From: a virus
Lineage: Duplodnaviria; Caudoviricetes
IMG/VR virus record: IMGVR_UViG_3300010429_001883
Coordinates: 64,001 to 128,000 of that record
Strand: one strand, 5' to 3'
DNA: 64,000 bases
Positions within the stretch are counted from its first letter, which is position 1. Every line of letters begins with the position of its first letter. Positions 38,972 through 48,900 of the stretch are shown piece by piece. The translations under genes were made by a program, and so were the position numbers. Below the pieces are notes generated by a model that was not told the origin of the DNA, did no database searches, and saw nothing but the letters and a program-made list of their open reading frames with translations.

Positions 38972-41900
38972 TGGCAAAATCCTCGGTTAATGACATTTTT
39001 GTAGATATATTCTTAGACTTGGAAGCAAGTTTTGATCCTACGTCTGAACAATCCTATCAAAATTTAAAACAATTAAATAAAAGAATTCTTAATTCGAGGG
39101 CTACTAAACGAAGCCACCGCGGCATTGTTTCTTCCCAACACAGAGCAGCGCATGTTATTGATTTAGCGTATTCAACATTTAATTCTAACAAGAAGATAAG
39201 TAAGCCGTTAACAAGTTTTATTAAAGAAAGACAGCTTGCTGCCGATCCTAAAAAATTTGTAGGCGATTTCTGGAAAACCACAGAAGAACCAAGAAAACTT
39301 TTGGAAGAGTTGCGGTCATTTGCATCTGGTAAAACAACAGCAACAAAATTTATACAACCCATAGATGCATTAACTGAGTTTTTAGAGCATGTTGATGAGC
39401 AAGCCAAGTTAGCAGCCAAGGTTGGCAAGAAAGTAAGAATCAGTGGGTGGTCATTACAGTATGATCTATCTGTACTAATAGGCAATATTGAGGGAATACT
39501 TTCTTCTGGAAAGAGAAAAGATCCGGCAATTGCTGCTAAACTGCATAAACTATCTTCTGTATATAATCAATTTGTTGATCATATTCAACGAAAAACAATT
39601 ACTACCCACAGCCTAGAAACTGGGTTTTTGAAATACCGCGCCGCCCTGGTTGCTAAGGCATATGAAAAGTATGGTCAATCATTTATTTCCAACACTAAAC
39701 TTAATGAAAGCGCCGTCAAGCATATATCGAATGTTATAAGGAAAGGGGATGCTGCTGCTTTTGATGAATTAATAAGTGGTCGAACGGCTAAATTTGGTGG
39801 ATATAGGGTAGAAGATGTTTTAAGGTTTTTAGATATTTATGGTGGAAAAGAAAAACACCGCGCAGCAATGGATGTTTTACAAGAAACAGACATTGCTTTA
39901 AGGTTTAGAGATTTTAATCCATTTGTAGACGATCCTTTTGAATATGCTAAAAAGGTTGGTGGTAAGTCTGTTACTGCTATAACTGATCAGCAGGTTTTTT
40001 ATAAACGAGCCATAAAAGAAATTATAGTGCCAGATAGGATGGGACGAGCGGTGGCTGGGGAAGCGGCGGCTGCGGTTGGGTCAGCCTCTTCACAAATAGT
40101 TAAAGGCCAAAGTTCAATTATATCAAGACTTGCTCTAGGTAAAATTTCTTCCAACAAAGCAATAAAGATAGCTGGCATTGGTGCTCTTGCTGTTGTTGGT
40201 TTAGGTGTTGTGCAGAGACTTTGGGATAGTGCTGGCGACGATGATTATTCTAATAAGCATGAAGCTCTAATAGGAAGTTCACATAAAAAGTTTGGTATTT
40301 TTGGTTCTGGTTACCGCGGAGGTAGGAGTGACTATCTAGATCGAAAGATAGAAGAGGCACGCTCTCGTGGATCGATGTTTGTTGGTGCTAGCTATGTTGG
40401 ATTGCCAACAAGAGAGATTAGACAGAAATTAGTTTCTAATATAGTTGCAAATAGCCCATATGGTGGGGCTGGTGGTTTTGGCGGAAGAAAGAAAAATACA
40501 ACATATTCAGAAACGGCCGCTGGTTTTGGTACTTTTGCTCACCAAATAGCTCAACGTGAAATGATGGATACCGGCAGTTACACCGGTAAAACTTTGACGT
40601 GGCGACAAAATTTTGCAGATGCGATAATAGGTCGGGATAGAGGAAAGGGAATTACTCCCGAATATAAGGCTGTTAGCCAAGAAACCGGCATGTATGGCAG
40701 TATAGACGTACTGCAAAATGAAGTTATTATTGAACATAAGTTTGTTACAGCTGGAATTTTTGAGACAATTGTTAGAACTGGAAAACCATTCCCGTCCCAT
40801 GTGCTCCAGATAAATGCATATATGGGTATGCTTGGTAAACGAAAAGCACAACTAATATACACTAACAGAGAAAATCTTCAACAGAGAATAGTTTTTGATG
40901 TTGATTTTGGTGAAAAAGCATATAAGCAAACTGCTAGAAAAGTAAGAAAAGCCTCTAGGCAGGCAATGCGTGATGCATTAGAAATGGGAGTTGATGTTTC
41001 TAGTTTGCCTGTTAATGAGGACATTACTGGACAAGAAACACAAATACCTTCAATGGAAGAACTGAAAGAAAGGTATCCTGTTGAACTCTTCCATGCGTTA
41101 ACAGTTAGACGCGGTATTCCAACTAATCTTGAAAAATTAAGAGAAGATCGGGACTTAGAACAACAACGTGTTCGTGCTAGGAAAGGTAATATAATTGAGG
41201 GCATGAGACACGGGTGGTTTGGCAGTTCTAGAAAAGATAGAACAGACTTCGGTTCTGGTTTTAGACCAGAAGATGAATATGGTACTCCTGATAACGTATG
41301 GACATCCAGGGCGGTAGCTGTAGCTGCTGTTGGTGGTTTTGCCTATGGGATGGCAAAACACCCGGTTTGGCTTTATAATAAAATTAAGAAACTTGAAGAT
41401 AGAAGTCCTTTACAAATACTTAAAACTTTTCGTTTATCTGAAAGACTTCAGCCTCGTGTTATCAGTGCTCTTGATAGCAAAGGTAAACAAGTAATCCCAG
41501 CATCTGCTTTATTAATACGTGGCGGTTCTGCGATGCGCGGCCGATCTTATGCGTACGCAGATACCTCTCTAACAAAACTAGGGATGTTGGTGCAAAATTT
41601 ACTTGGCGAATTACCAATTGATGAGAAAGGTAATTTAGTTTTTACAAAGGCGGAAGGAAATTTTTATAAAATAGCTGTAGGGGGGCAAGAGAAATTTGTC
41701 ACCTTTGCGTCAGCAAATACTAGGCTAGCCTCTGCGGCGTTTAGATATAATAAGCGAACAGGAGAGAAAGCTCTTTCTGATTTTGAAGTAGCAGCTACCA
41801 AAAGAATGTCAAATATGCCAGAATGGTTTAAAGCTTTTGCTGGCATGCATAACGCTAAGAAAACTAAGACAGAAGAGTTAATTTATAAAGCTGGATTACA

Positions 41901-44900
41901 AATCCAAAAATTAAAATTATCTCAGATAGAACAAAAATTAACGGGTGTTGCTGATGATGCCGTTGCACCAATATATGCTACAACTAAAAGTACGCCAATT
42001 TTAAGAACAGCAGATATATTTTTACAAAAATCTAGGCGCGCAGCTCTTGGAGGACTTGAAAGATTTAATAGATTGATTGCTGAGTTTGGAGTGGCGTTGC
42101 CGGCTGGTTCTTTTAATAGGGTTTTAACGGTTCCATGGAACGACGTAGTAGCTCGTACCCCTGTGGGTAAAAAACTTGGGATGCAGGTTGGTAGGCGCGG
42201 TTTTATAAATCAATTATTAGCTAAAAGGTATTTCCCCATAGCAGCAATTGCTGCGACTGCCGGGCTTTTGGATTATGTTACTGGACATACAGTATCAGAT
42301 ATGCCTGTAGAAACATATGCTAATACACAAATAGGCATGTCTACTGTTGCTCGTATGACTGGACTGAATAAATATAAAGAACTTATAAATACAATTTCTC
42401 CTGTTCCAGATTATGGGATTGCTCTAGCAACACTATCTACAGCAGCGATAGGTTCTCAAATATATGCTAATAGGCTTGCAGCTTCTAATAATATTGCTCC
42501 TGCTTTGTCGCGCCTAGGAGTTACTCAACAATTTTCTACATATGAAAAATTTTCCACCCGTGCTGGACAGGCTCTTGCCAGTGAATCCTATACGCCTGCT
42601 TATCAAACACTGAAGAAAAAGTTGTTAACAAAAAGCCTAAAGGGTGCGGCTTTACTTGCAGCTCCTTTTATTGCCAGTGCTCTTATACCAGAAGAATCTC
42701 CTCAGGAATTAAGAGATATTTATAGTGGCCGACAAGAAATTGAAGTCATGAAAGGGCGATGGTGGGAAACATCTTCTACTCCATATGAAGGCGATAAGAC
42801 TAAAGAATTTCGTCAGCATTTCGTTGCTAGGTTCTTAAATAGGCAATGGATAAAAGATGAATATGGCTCTGAAGGTGAATATTGGAAAAGAAATTTGGGC
42901 ACCCCAATTGGGTGGTTTAATTTACTAACCGATCCATATGGCAAAGAAGTAGAAGCTGCGAAAAGAGGACGTAACTTTCCTTTAACAGAAGAACTATTTT
43001 TAGATGTACCTTTTTCTGATATAACCGGCTTAAGATTTATTGGGCATGCGTTAAAGCCACCAAAATTTATGCATGCTCGAAGTGTTGAAGATTTTGCTAG
43101 GATGTATGAATCAGAGAACCCAGACTTAGAGCCATCCTATGAGCTTGGAGGACTGAAGCCACTGGTTCCTCAAATGCCGTGGAGCTTAAGGAATATGGCT
43201 GCCAGAACTTTTTCTCAATATACAACAGTAGCAGGGTTACCTGGTTTTATAGGAACAACTACGTCCAAAAAATTGTTAGGCGAAGAAAATGTTTTTATTG
43301 ATAAGTATACCCCAACGCTACAGGCAGCCAATGAGATAGGTAATCAAGAACGTTGGTTTTATGGATTAGAATTGGGCGGCGCTGCCTTTTTGTCTGAGCC
43401 TGTTCGTAGGTACATTCAACGAACACCGCGACAATTTGGTGCTCCCTATAACCCAATACCAAATGATTTGCCCGACTGGTTATCTGGAAAAAATGAGTTA
43501 AAAGATTTAGCAACGGGCGATGCTATAGCAAAAGTTGGATTCAACGCTAGATATTTGCCTCCTAGGGGGGAAGGCGAGGAGTACAACGAACTACAAAAGG
43601 CAGAAGCCTTAGCACATGTGCAGCCCTATAGTAGAAGATTAACTAGGATGTTTTCTGCATTAGATGAAGTCGCTCTTGAGCCTATGGCTAGATACCGAGT
43701 TGAGGAACTGAAGCAACAAGTAAAAGCAATAAAAGAAAGAGAAAAATTTTCTGAAAACACGTTTGCAACGCCGTTGGCTGGATATAGTGGGACTGTTGAG
43801 CAAGTTGAGGGCGAATATTTAAAACTAAAAGAATACCCTTTTAAGGAATTTAAAGTAGGGGGATTTGCTTTAAATTATTATCAGACGGCAAAGAATTTTA
43901 TTAGAACTGAAAATATTTCTATACAAAGGGCCGCCATGCGTGCCGCTGAAGTTCAAGAAAAAGCTAGAGAGCATATTGAGAAACAGCTTACACCGGGAAC
44001 TAGAATTGGCTTTGCTGCAGCCGCCGGTGCGCCAGAAAATTTACGTCAAGTTGATATAGCTGTATATACATCTAATGGCCTTTTAAATAGAGAAGTAAAA
44101 GATAAGTATAATTTACCAATAGAGCAAAATAAAGCCATAAGCCAACTTATGTATTCTGCCCCCACTAGGGCAATGGGAACAGTGGCTGAATCTATATTTC
44201 ATGACCCGGCTCTTCCAACAATGGCAAAATTTGCTGGTAAATATACAGCACTAGAAAAATATAAAAAAGAAAGGGTCTATGGAAAGAAAATAAAACTTTG
44301 GGATAACCCAATAGAAAGTTTTATTATGCAACCTGCTTATGGTGCCTCACGTCGATTTGGGTCTGTTGTACCCTTTAATCCTTTTTCTGGATTTGATGAT
44401 GAATATAATAGCATAGAGGGTTTGAAGGGGAATGTTCACCAGCAATTTGGAGTATTCGGTAGCGGATTTATAAATAAACTTGGCAATATAATGGAAACAA
44501 CCTTATCAAAGATATTGTTTTCTGGTAAGGGGATGTCTCCGCTTGTAAGTAGTGAAAAATATTTATTAATTGATGCCGATAAAACATTATTTGGAGGTTT
44601 TCTTGACACGGCATTTAACGCTGTTAACAGAGTAAGCCCTAGCATAGCCAGAGATTTATATGCTTCTAGCACAGCTCGATTTATTTCTTCTAGAATTCCT
44701 GTAACAAAACAAGGAAAAAATGTTTTATCTATGGCTGAAAGAGCCAAAAGTTTTGGTTTTAAACCAATACTTTTTACCGACAGGCCGATAGAACACGCCA
44801 GCTCTACAATAGGGGCACTGAAGCGCTCCGTAGGGGATAAGCGGATTGAAAATTTATTCGAAGGAAGGTATTATTTTGGTGCTGGCAAAAAGCAGTCTTC

Positions 44901-45987
44901 TGTTTTACCAGAATCTTTTTTAATAGATGACAGAATTACAGAGTATGGTAGTTTAGTTAAAGGAGGGCTACACCCAGGAAGTGAAGGTATTGCAACAGCA
45001 TTCATTAGACAAACTACTCCCTTTGGTTCTGGTTTTGCTTCATCAGATCGATATGTGCCTGTTCCTGGATACACTGAAAACATCAGAAAGTATAATGAAT
45101 ATTTTGATAAATTAGAATACATAAAATGGATAAAACTTGCAAAACAGGCAGAGGAAAAAGGACACGATAGGCTAATATCTTACTATATGGCGAAAGCTAG
45201 GGGCACGATGATTGGTATAAACCCCCTAATAGCAGAACCAGAACAAGTTATGCAGGTTTTACCAAAATCTGAGCGTCCTTATTTTGCTGCATTCGCTAAT
45301 GAGCCCAATCCCGAGAAGCGACAGGAAATTATGGAAATGCTTCCTGCATCTCAAAGAAGACTAATGGCTGGGACTTGGTTTAGGCAAATGAATCATGCGT
45401 CTATGTTGGAGGAAGAAATTCCACAGTATCGGGAGTATGTTCGTAATGAAGGATATATGACAGATGCTGAAAAACAAGTTATTCCTGGGCTTGCTAAGGT
45501 ATATGGTGGAGCAGTTGAGCCTGCTGCTCTTGATCGTATGGCAGAAATTTATCAGTTTTTAGATGAAAATAATCTTCCACTTCCGAGTGAAAATTGGAAA
45601 GGGTGGCAAGCACAAATTGATATGCAAGATCTGAAACTTATGTATTTAAAAAGCATAGGTGAAGATATCCATGAATATGATCTGTGGGAAGACCGTGAAA
45701 GAATGCTTGCTAGAAAACCATACTTGAAAAACACGCTGGGTGCTTTACGAAACAACTTTAATCCGTCTGGTACCATTAGTGTCATGGATGGGATATTAAA
45801 AGACAATGGAGTATTAGCTAATAGGTATTCTTCTACACCTACAACTGAGACTAGTTTTACTCTTAACTTTGGTGTTGATCCTGATACTATGTTATATGAT
45901 ACTGATTTTAATAGAGCAATAGATGATTCAATGAGAAAGACACGGCCAGGCTTTGATAATCTAGACCTTTATCTTGGGAGAATGTAG
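38971..45987 (+). CDS. 2338-aa modular virion/ejection-type protein with DEDDh exonuclease, PD-(D/E)XK nuclease and HAD phosphatase modules
   Basis: FLDLE/GWSLQYD/HRAAMD; GTFAH..E..GSIDV..IIEHK..QINAY; LIDADKT/FTDR/GKK/LIDDR; several Gly/Ala hydrophobic helices; tape-measure locus position. Confidence 0.7.
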   Translation: MAKSSVNDIFVDIFLDLEASFDPTSEQSYQNLKQLNKRILNSRATKRSHRGIVSSQHRAAHVIDLAYSTFNSNKKISKPLTSFIKERQLAADPKKFVGDFWKTTEEPRKLLEELRSFASGKTTATKFIQPIDALTEFLEHVDEQAKLAAKVGKKVRISGWSLQYDLSVLIGNIEGILSSGKRKDPAIAAKLHKLSSVYNQFVDHIQRKTITTHSLETGFLKYRAALVAKAYEKYGQSFISNTKLNESAVKHISNVIRKGDAAAFDELISGRTAKFGGYRVEDVLRFLDIYGGKEKHRAAMDVLQETDIALRFRDFNPFVDDPFEYAKKVGGKSVTAITDQQVFYKRAIKEIIVPDRMGRAVAGEAAAAVGSASSQIVKGQSSIISRLALGKISSNKAIKIAGIGALAVVGLGVVQRLWDSAGDDDYSNKHEALIGSSHKKFGIFGSGYRGGRSDYLDRKIEEARSRGSMFVGASYVGLPTREIRQKLVSNIVANSPYGGAGGFGGRKKNTTYSETAAGFGTFAHQIAQREMMDTGSYTGKTLTWRQNFADAIIGRDRGKGITPEYKAVSQETGMYGSIDVLQNEVIIEHKFVTAGIFETIVRTGKPFPSHVLQINAYMGMLGKRKAQLIYTNRENLQQRIVFDVDFGEKAYKQTARKVRKASRQAMRDALEMGVDVSSLPVNEDITGQETQIPSMEELKERYPVELFHALTVRRGIPTNLEKLREDRDLEQQRVRARKGNIIEGMRHGWFGSSRKDRTDFGSGFRPEDEYGTPDNVWTSRAVAVAAVGGFAYGMAKHPVWLYNKIKKLEDRSPLQILKTFRLSERLQPRVISALDSKGKQVIPASALLIRGGSAMRGRSYAYADTSLTKLGMLVQNLLGELPIDEKGNLVFTKAEGNFYKIAVGGQEKFVTFASANTRLASAAFRYNKRTGEKALSDFEVAATKRMSNMPEWFKAFAGMHNAKKTKTEELIYKAGLQIQKLKLSQIEQKLTGVADDAVAPIYATTKSTPILRTADIFLQKSRRAALGGLERFNRLIAEFGVALPAGSFNRVLTVPWNDVVARTPVGKKLGMQVGRRGFINQLLAKRYFPIAAIAATAGLLDYVTGHTVSDMPVETYANTQIGMSTVARMTGLNKYKELINTISPVPDYGIALATLSTAAIGSQIYANRLAASNNIAPALSRLGVTQQFSTYEKFSTRAGQALASESYTPAYQTLKKKLLTKSLKGAALLAAPFIASALIPEESPQELRDIYSGRQEIEVMKGRWWETSSTPYEGDKTKEFRQHFVARFLNRQWIKDEYGSEGEYWKRNLGTPIGWFNLLTDPYGKEVEAAKRGRNFPLTEELFLDVPFSDITGLRFIGHALKPPKFMHARSVEDFARMYESENPDLEPSYELGGLKPLVPQMPWSLRNMAARTFSQYTTVAGLPGFIGTTTSKKLLGEENVFIDKYTPTLQAANEIGNQERWFYGLELGGAAFLSEPVRRYIQRTPRQFGAPYNPIPNDLPDWLSGKNELKDLATGDAIAKVGFNARYLPPRGEGEEYNELQKAEALAHVQPYSRRLTRMFSALDEVALEPMARYRVEELKQQVKAIKEREKFSENTFATPLAGYSGTVEQVEGEYLKLKEYPFKEFKVGGFALNYYQTAKNFIRTENISIQRAAMRAAEVQEKAREHIEKQLTPGTRIGFAAAAGAPENLRQVDIAVYTSNGLLNREVKDKYNLPIEQNKAISQLMYSAPTRAMGTVAESIFHDPALPTMAKFAGKYTALEKYKKERVYGKKIKLWDNPIESFIMQPAYGASRRFGSVVPFNPFSGFDDEYNSIEGLKGNVHQQFGVFGSGFINKLGNIMETTLSKILFSGKGMSPLVSSEKYLLIDADKTLFGGFLDTAFNAVNRVSPSIARDLYASSTARFISSRIPVTKQGKNVLSMAERAKSFGFKPILFTDRPIEHASSTIGALKRSVGDKRIENLFEGRYYFGAGKKQSSVLPESFLIDDRITEYGSLVKGGLHPGSEGIATAFIRQTTPFGSGFASSDRYVPVPGYTENIRKYNEYFDKLEYIKWIKLAKQAEEKGHDRLISYYMAKARGTMIGINPLIAEPEQVMQVLPKSERPYFAAFANEPNPEKRQEIMEMLPASQRRLMAGTWFRQMNHASMLEEEIPQYREYVRNEGYMTDAEKQVIPGLAKVYGGAVEPAALDRMAEIYQFLDENNLPLPSENWKGWQAQIDMQDLKLMYLKSIGEDIHEYDLWEDRERMLARKPYLKNTLGALRNNFNPSGTISVMDGILKDNGVLANRYSSTPTTETSFTLNFGVDPDTMLYDTDFNRAIDDSMRKTRPGFDNLDLYLGRM

Positions 45988-48900
45988 TGCCAGATTCAAA
46001 TGAAAAATTAAGAGTTAATGACAGCCGCTCTATTAGTAGCTTTTTAGGTATTGCCGGCGTTGGCGCCGCAGTATTTGCTGGTGGTTGGCATTTATTAAAT
46101 AATGCTGGATTGCGGGAAGCTATGTCTGGTGGTGTTAAGGGTGTTACAAATGTCGATATGAGGGCTGCTGCTGCTAAGGGGATTTTAAGACAAAGACAGG
46201 AAGATTTTATTAGACCTGGGTTTGAGGCGGCATTTGAGGCCAACCAGAAAAAGTTCGCTGAGTTTGGTTCAAAAGAAACTTTGCATAGGGTTAATAAAGC
46301 ACTTGATACTGCGCTTAATCCAAAATCTAGTAGAATAGATTACATCTTGAAAAGAAACAAACAAAAGCTTGATAAGGCTCGGGAAGATTTAGCCAGAGCA
46401 ACAACACCAAGAGATAAAGAAAGATTACTGCAACGTGTAGCTGGGAAAGAAAGAATAGAAAAACACTTTATGTCTAAGGCTAAACAGCTTGTTGTTGACG
46501 CTAACGATTCGCTTAATAAAACATTAAAGCCTTACCTGGCTGGTACAGATCTTGGATCATTAAAGAATACTAAAGAAACATTCTTGGCTGTATATAAATC
46601 CTTAGCTAAAACTAATCCCTCAGAGGCGGCGAAGCTATATAACACCGTTAGTATGATGTCAGAAATGGCTGCCAGCGGAAAAACAATCTCAGCAAATTCA
46701 AGAATTGGTAGTAAATTTAAGAAAAGGGGACTAACGGCTGTTTCTAAATCCAGAAGACTTGGATTTTTAGAAGCCGGCGGATATTTAGAAGGTTTATCTA
46801 AGAAACAAGTAAAAGCATTATCTTCCTCGGCAGGTTTCCGTGTATACAGCAGACAAACTGCTGGTGGAGAGATGGCTTTTGTTTCATTTGGAACTAGTAA
46901 TCGGATATGGTCTTTAGGTGAGGCAGGATCTAAGTCCATCTCTTCTGTCTATGAACACGTTGGATCTGGTGGTGGAATTCTTTCTGGGATGCTGGTTAAG
47001 AAAGCTGGTGGTCAGTTTGAAGAGGTTAAAGGGTCTACTTATGTTCTTTCTAAAATAGCAGAAACTGCTGAAATGGCCGGCAAGGCAATATCAAAAGAAG
47101 ATGAAGAAATTTTATCTGCCTTGTATGCACATAGAACGTCTAATACGGCCGCACTTTGGCAGGCCCATGGAACTAATTCTCCACTGCGGGGTTTTGCGAC
47201 AAATAGGGCACTAGTTGAAGAAATGGTTTTGGATCGTGGTTTTATGCATAATACCGAGGCTGTTTCTGAGTTAAGCTCTAAATTAGCTAATCAAGGGTAT
47301 GTTCCTGCAGCCGGCGGTAGTGCAATAGAAACAGTTTATAAAATGTTTGGTTTTGATGAAAAAGGACAGAAGATAGCTACCGGGCTTGGAGCTGAAACAT
47401 ATAAATTTAATGTATGGGATGAGGCCTCTGGATGGTTGCCCAAAGAAATGAAAATGGCAGACTGGTTAATGCAACATCACGGTAAATTTAAAGATCAGTT
47501 TGAATTGTACAGAGCACACATGAAAATGGATTATTTGGTTAGTTCTGCTGAAGAGGGAGATAAATTTTTTCAACCGCTTTCAAAGACACAGGCTAAATTA
47601 AGAGTGAACGCTGGGGTTCTAAGTAATAAACAGTTTCAAGATTTTAGAGAACTTAGTGCTCTCGCTCAAGAACTTAAAGGCAATGTTAAAAGTTTTAAAG
47701 AAACAGATATTTTAGATGCTTTAACAGGGGGTAAAGTTTCTCAAAAGTTACTTAAAAATTTAGGCATAAGTGAAGGTTCTGTTATAGATAGAACTAAAGC
47801 AGCTGCCATAGCCAAACAATTCGCAAAAATGGGACAAGTGGGAGTAGAGGATTTACATTATATAGCTAACATTGGTGCTGGACAGGCCCTAGGCTCTAAA
47901 GAGTTTATGCAAAGAATTAATTCTATTGAGTTTGCTTCTGTTTTTGATGTTGATGACTTCTCTAGTGATATTGTGGAAAAAATTAACAGAGCGAAACCAG
48001 GAGAAACAATAGAAATTAAAAATCTAAAGCCAGGACAAATATTAGGTAGAAAGGATAATAGAAGTATACGGTTAGCAAAAGATGGCACGAGAAAATATCG
48101 TGCTGAAATTATGAAAACTGAAAAGGGATATAAAGTGATTGCATATGGGCAACATGCTCATAGAGAATATATGAGTAAAACAGCTAGATCATTTACTGGT
48201 GCAGGTGAAAATTTAGATAGACGTCTTGTGGTAATGGGAGACCTTAGAGGGGGCCTAAGCCACGCTAAAGAACTTATGTCTACTATTGGTGGAAAAAAAT
48301 ATCAAGATACTATGGAAGCTGTTACGGCACTTTTGTCCGGTGGGAAAAGTTTAGATTTATTATATGGAGAAGATATATTAAGCAACGCTCCAAGCTATGT
48401 TAAAACCATGGCAGTTAAGTCTATGGAGCAAACCAAGAAAACAGGTAAATATGTTCCTTTAATGATACAAAGTTATTTTAGCTTGTGGGCAGCAGGGGCT
48501 GCGCATATAGGGTCAAAAGCGAAGGGAGATATCTTACATGCTCAAATGATGCGGAACATGGGGCTTGATTTCATGATTCCTAAATATTTTGCTAAGATGA
48601 CTAGTTTAAATAAGGAAGGATTACAGCTGGCATTGAAAATGACAGAGGCATATCAAACAGGTACGGACGCTGTTGGTGATTTAATAAAAACACAAGTATC
48701 AAATGTAAATGAGTTAAGAGAGGTGCTTGGTAAAGGAATAGCTTCAGAAGAATATGCTGGTGGGTTTAAGTATAAATCAAGAAAAGGACTTATTGACGAA
48801 GTTAGAAAAATGTACGGAGATACTGATCCAAAAATCTCTAAATTGTTAGATAGTATTAAGGATCAGGAATATTATTATATGCCTGGAGCCAGATCCGGCC

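Noticed and set aside
40500-40900. Cas4/CRISPR adaptation gene
   Set aside because: RecB-like motifs are present but the Fe-S cysteines of Cas4 are absent, and no CRISPR array or other cas genes were seen
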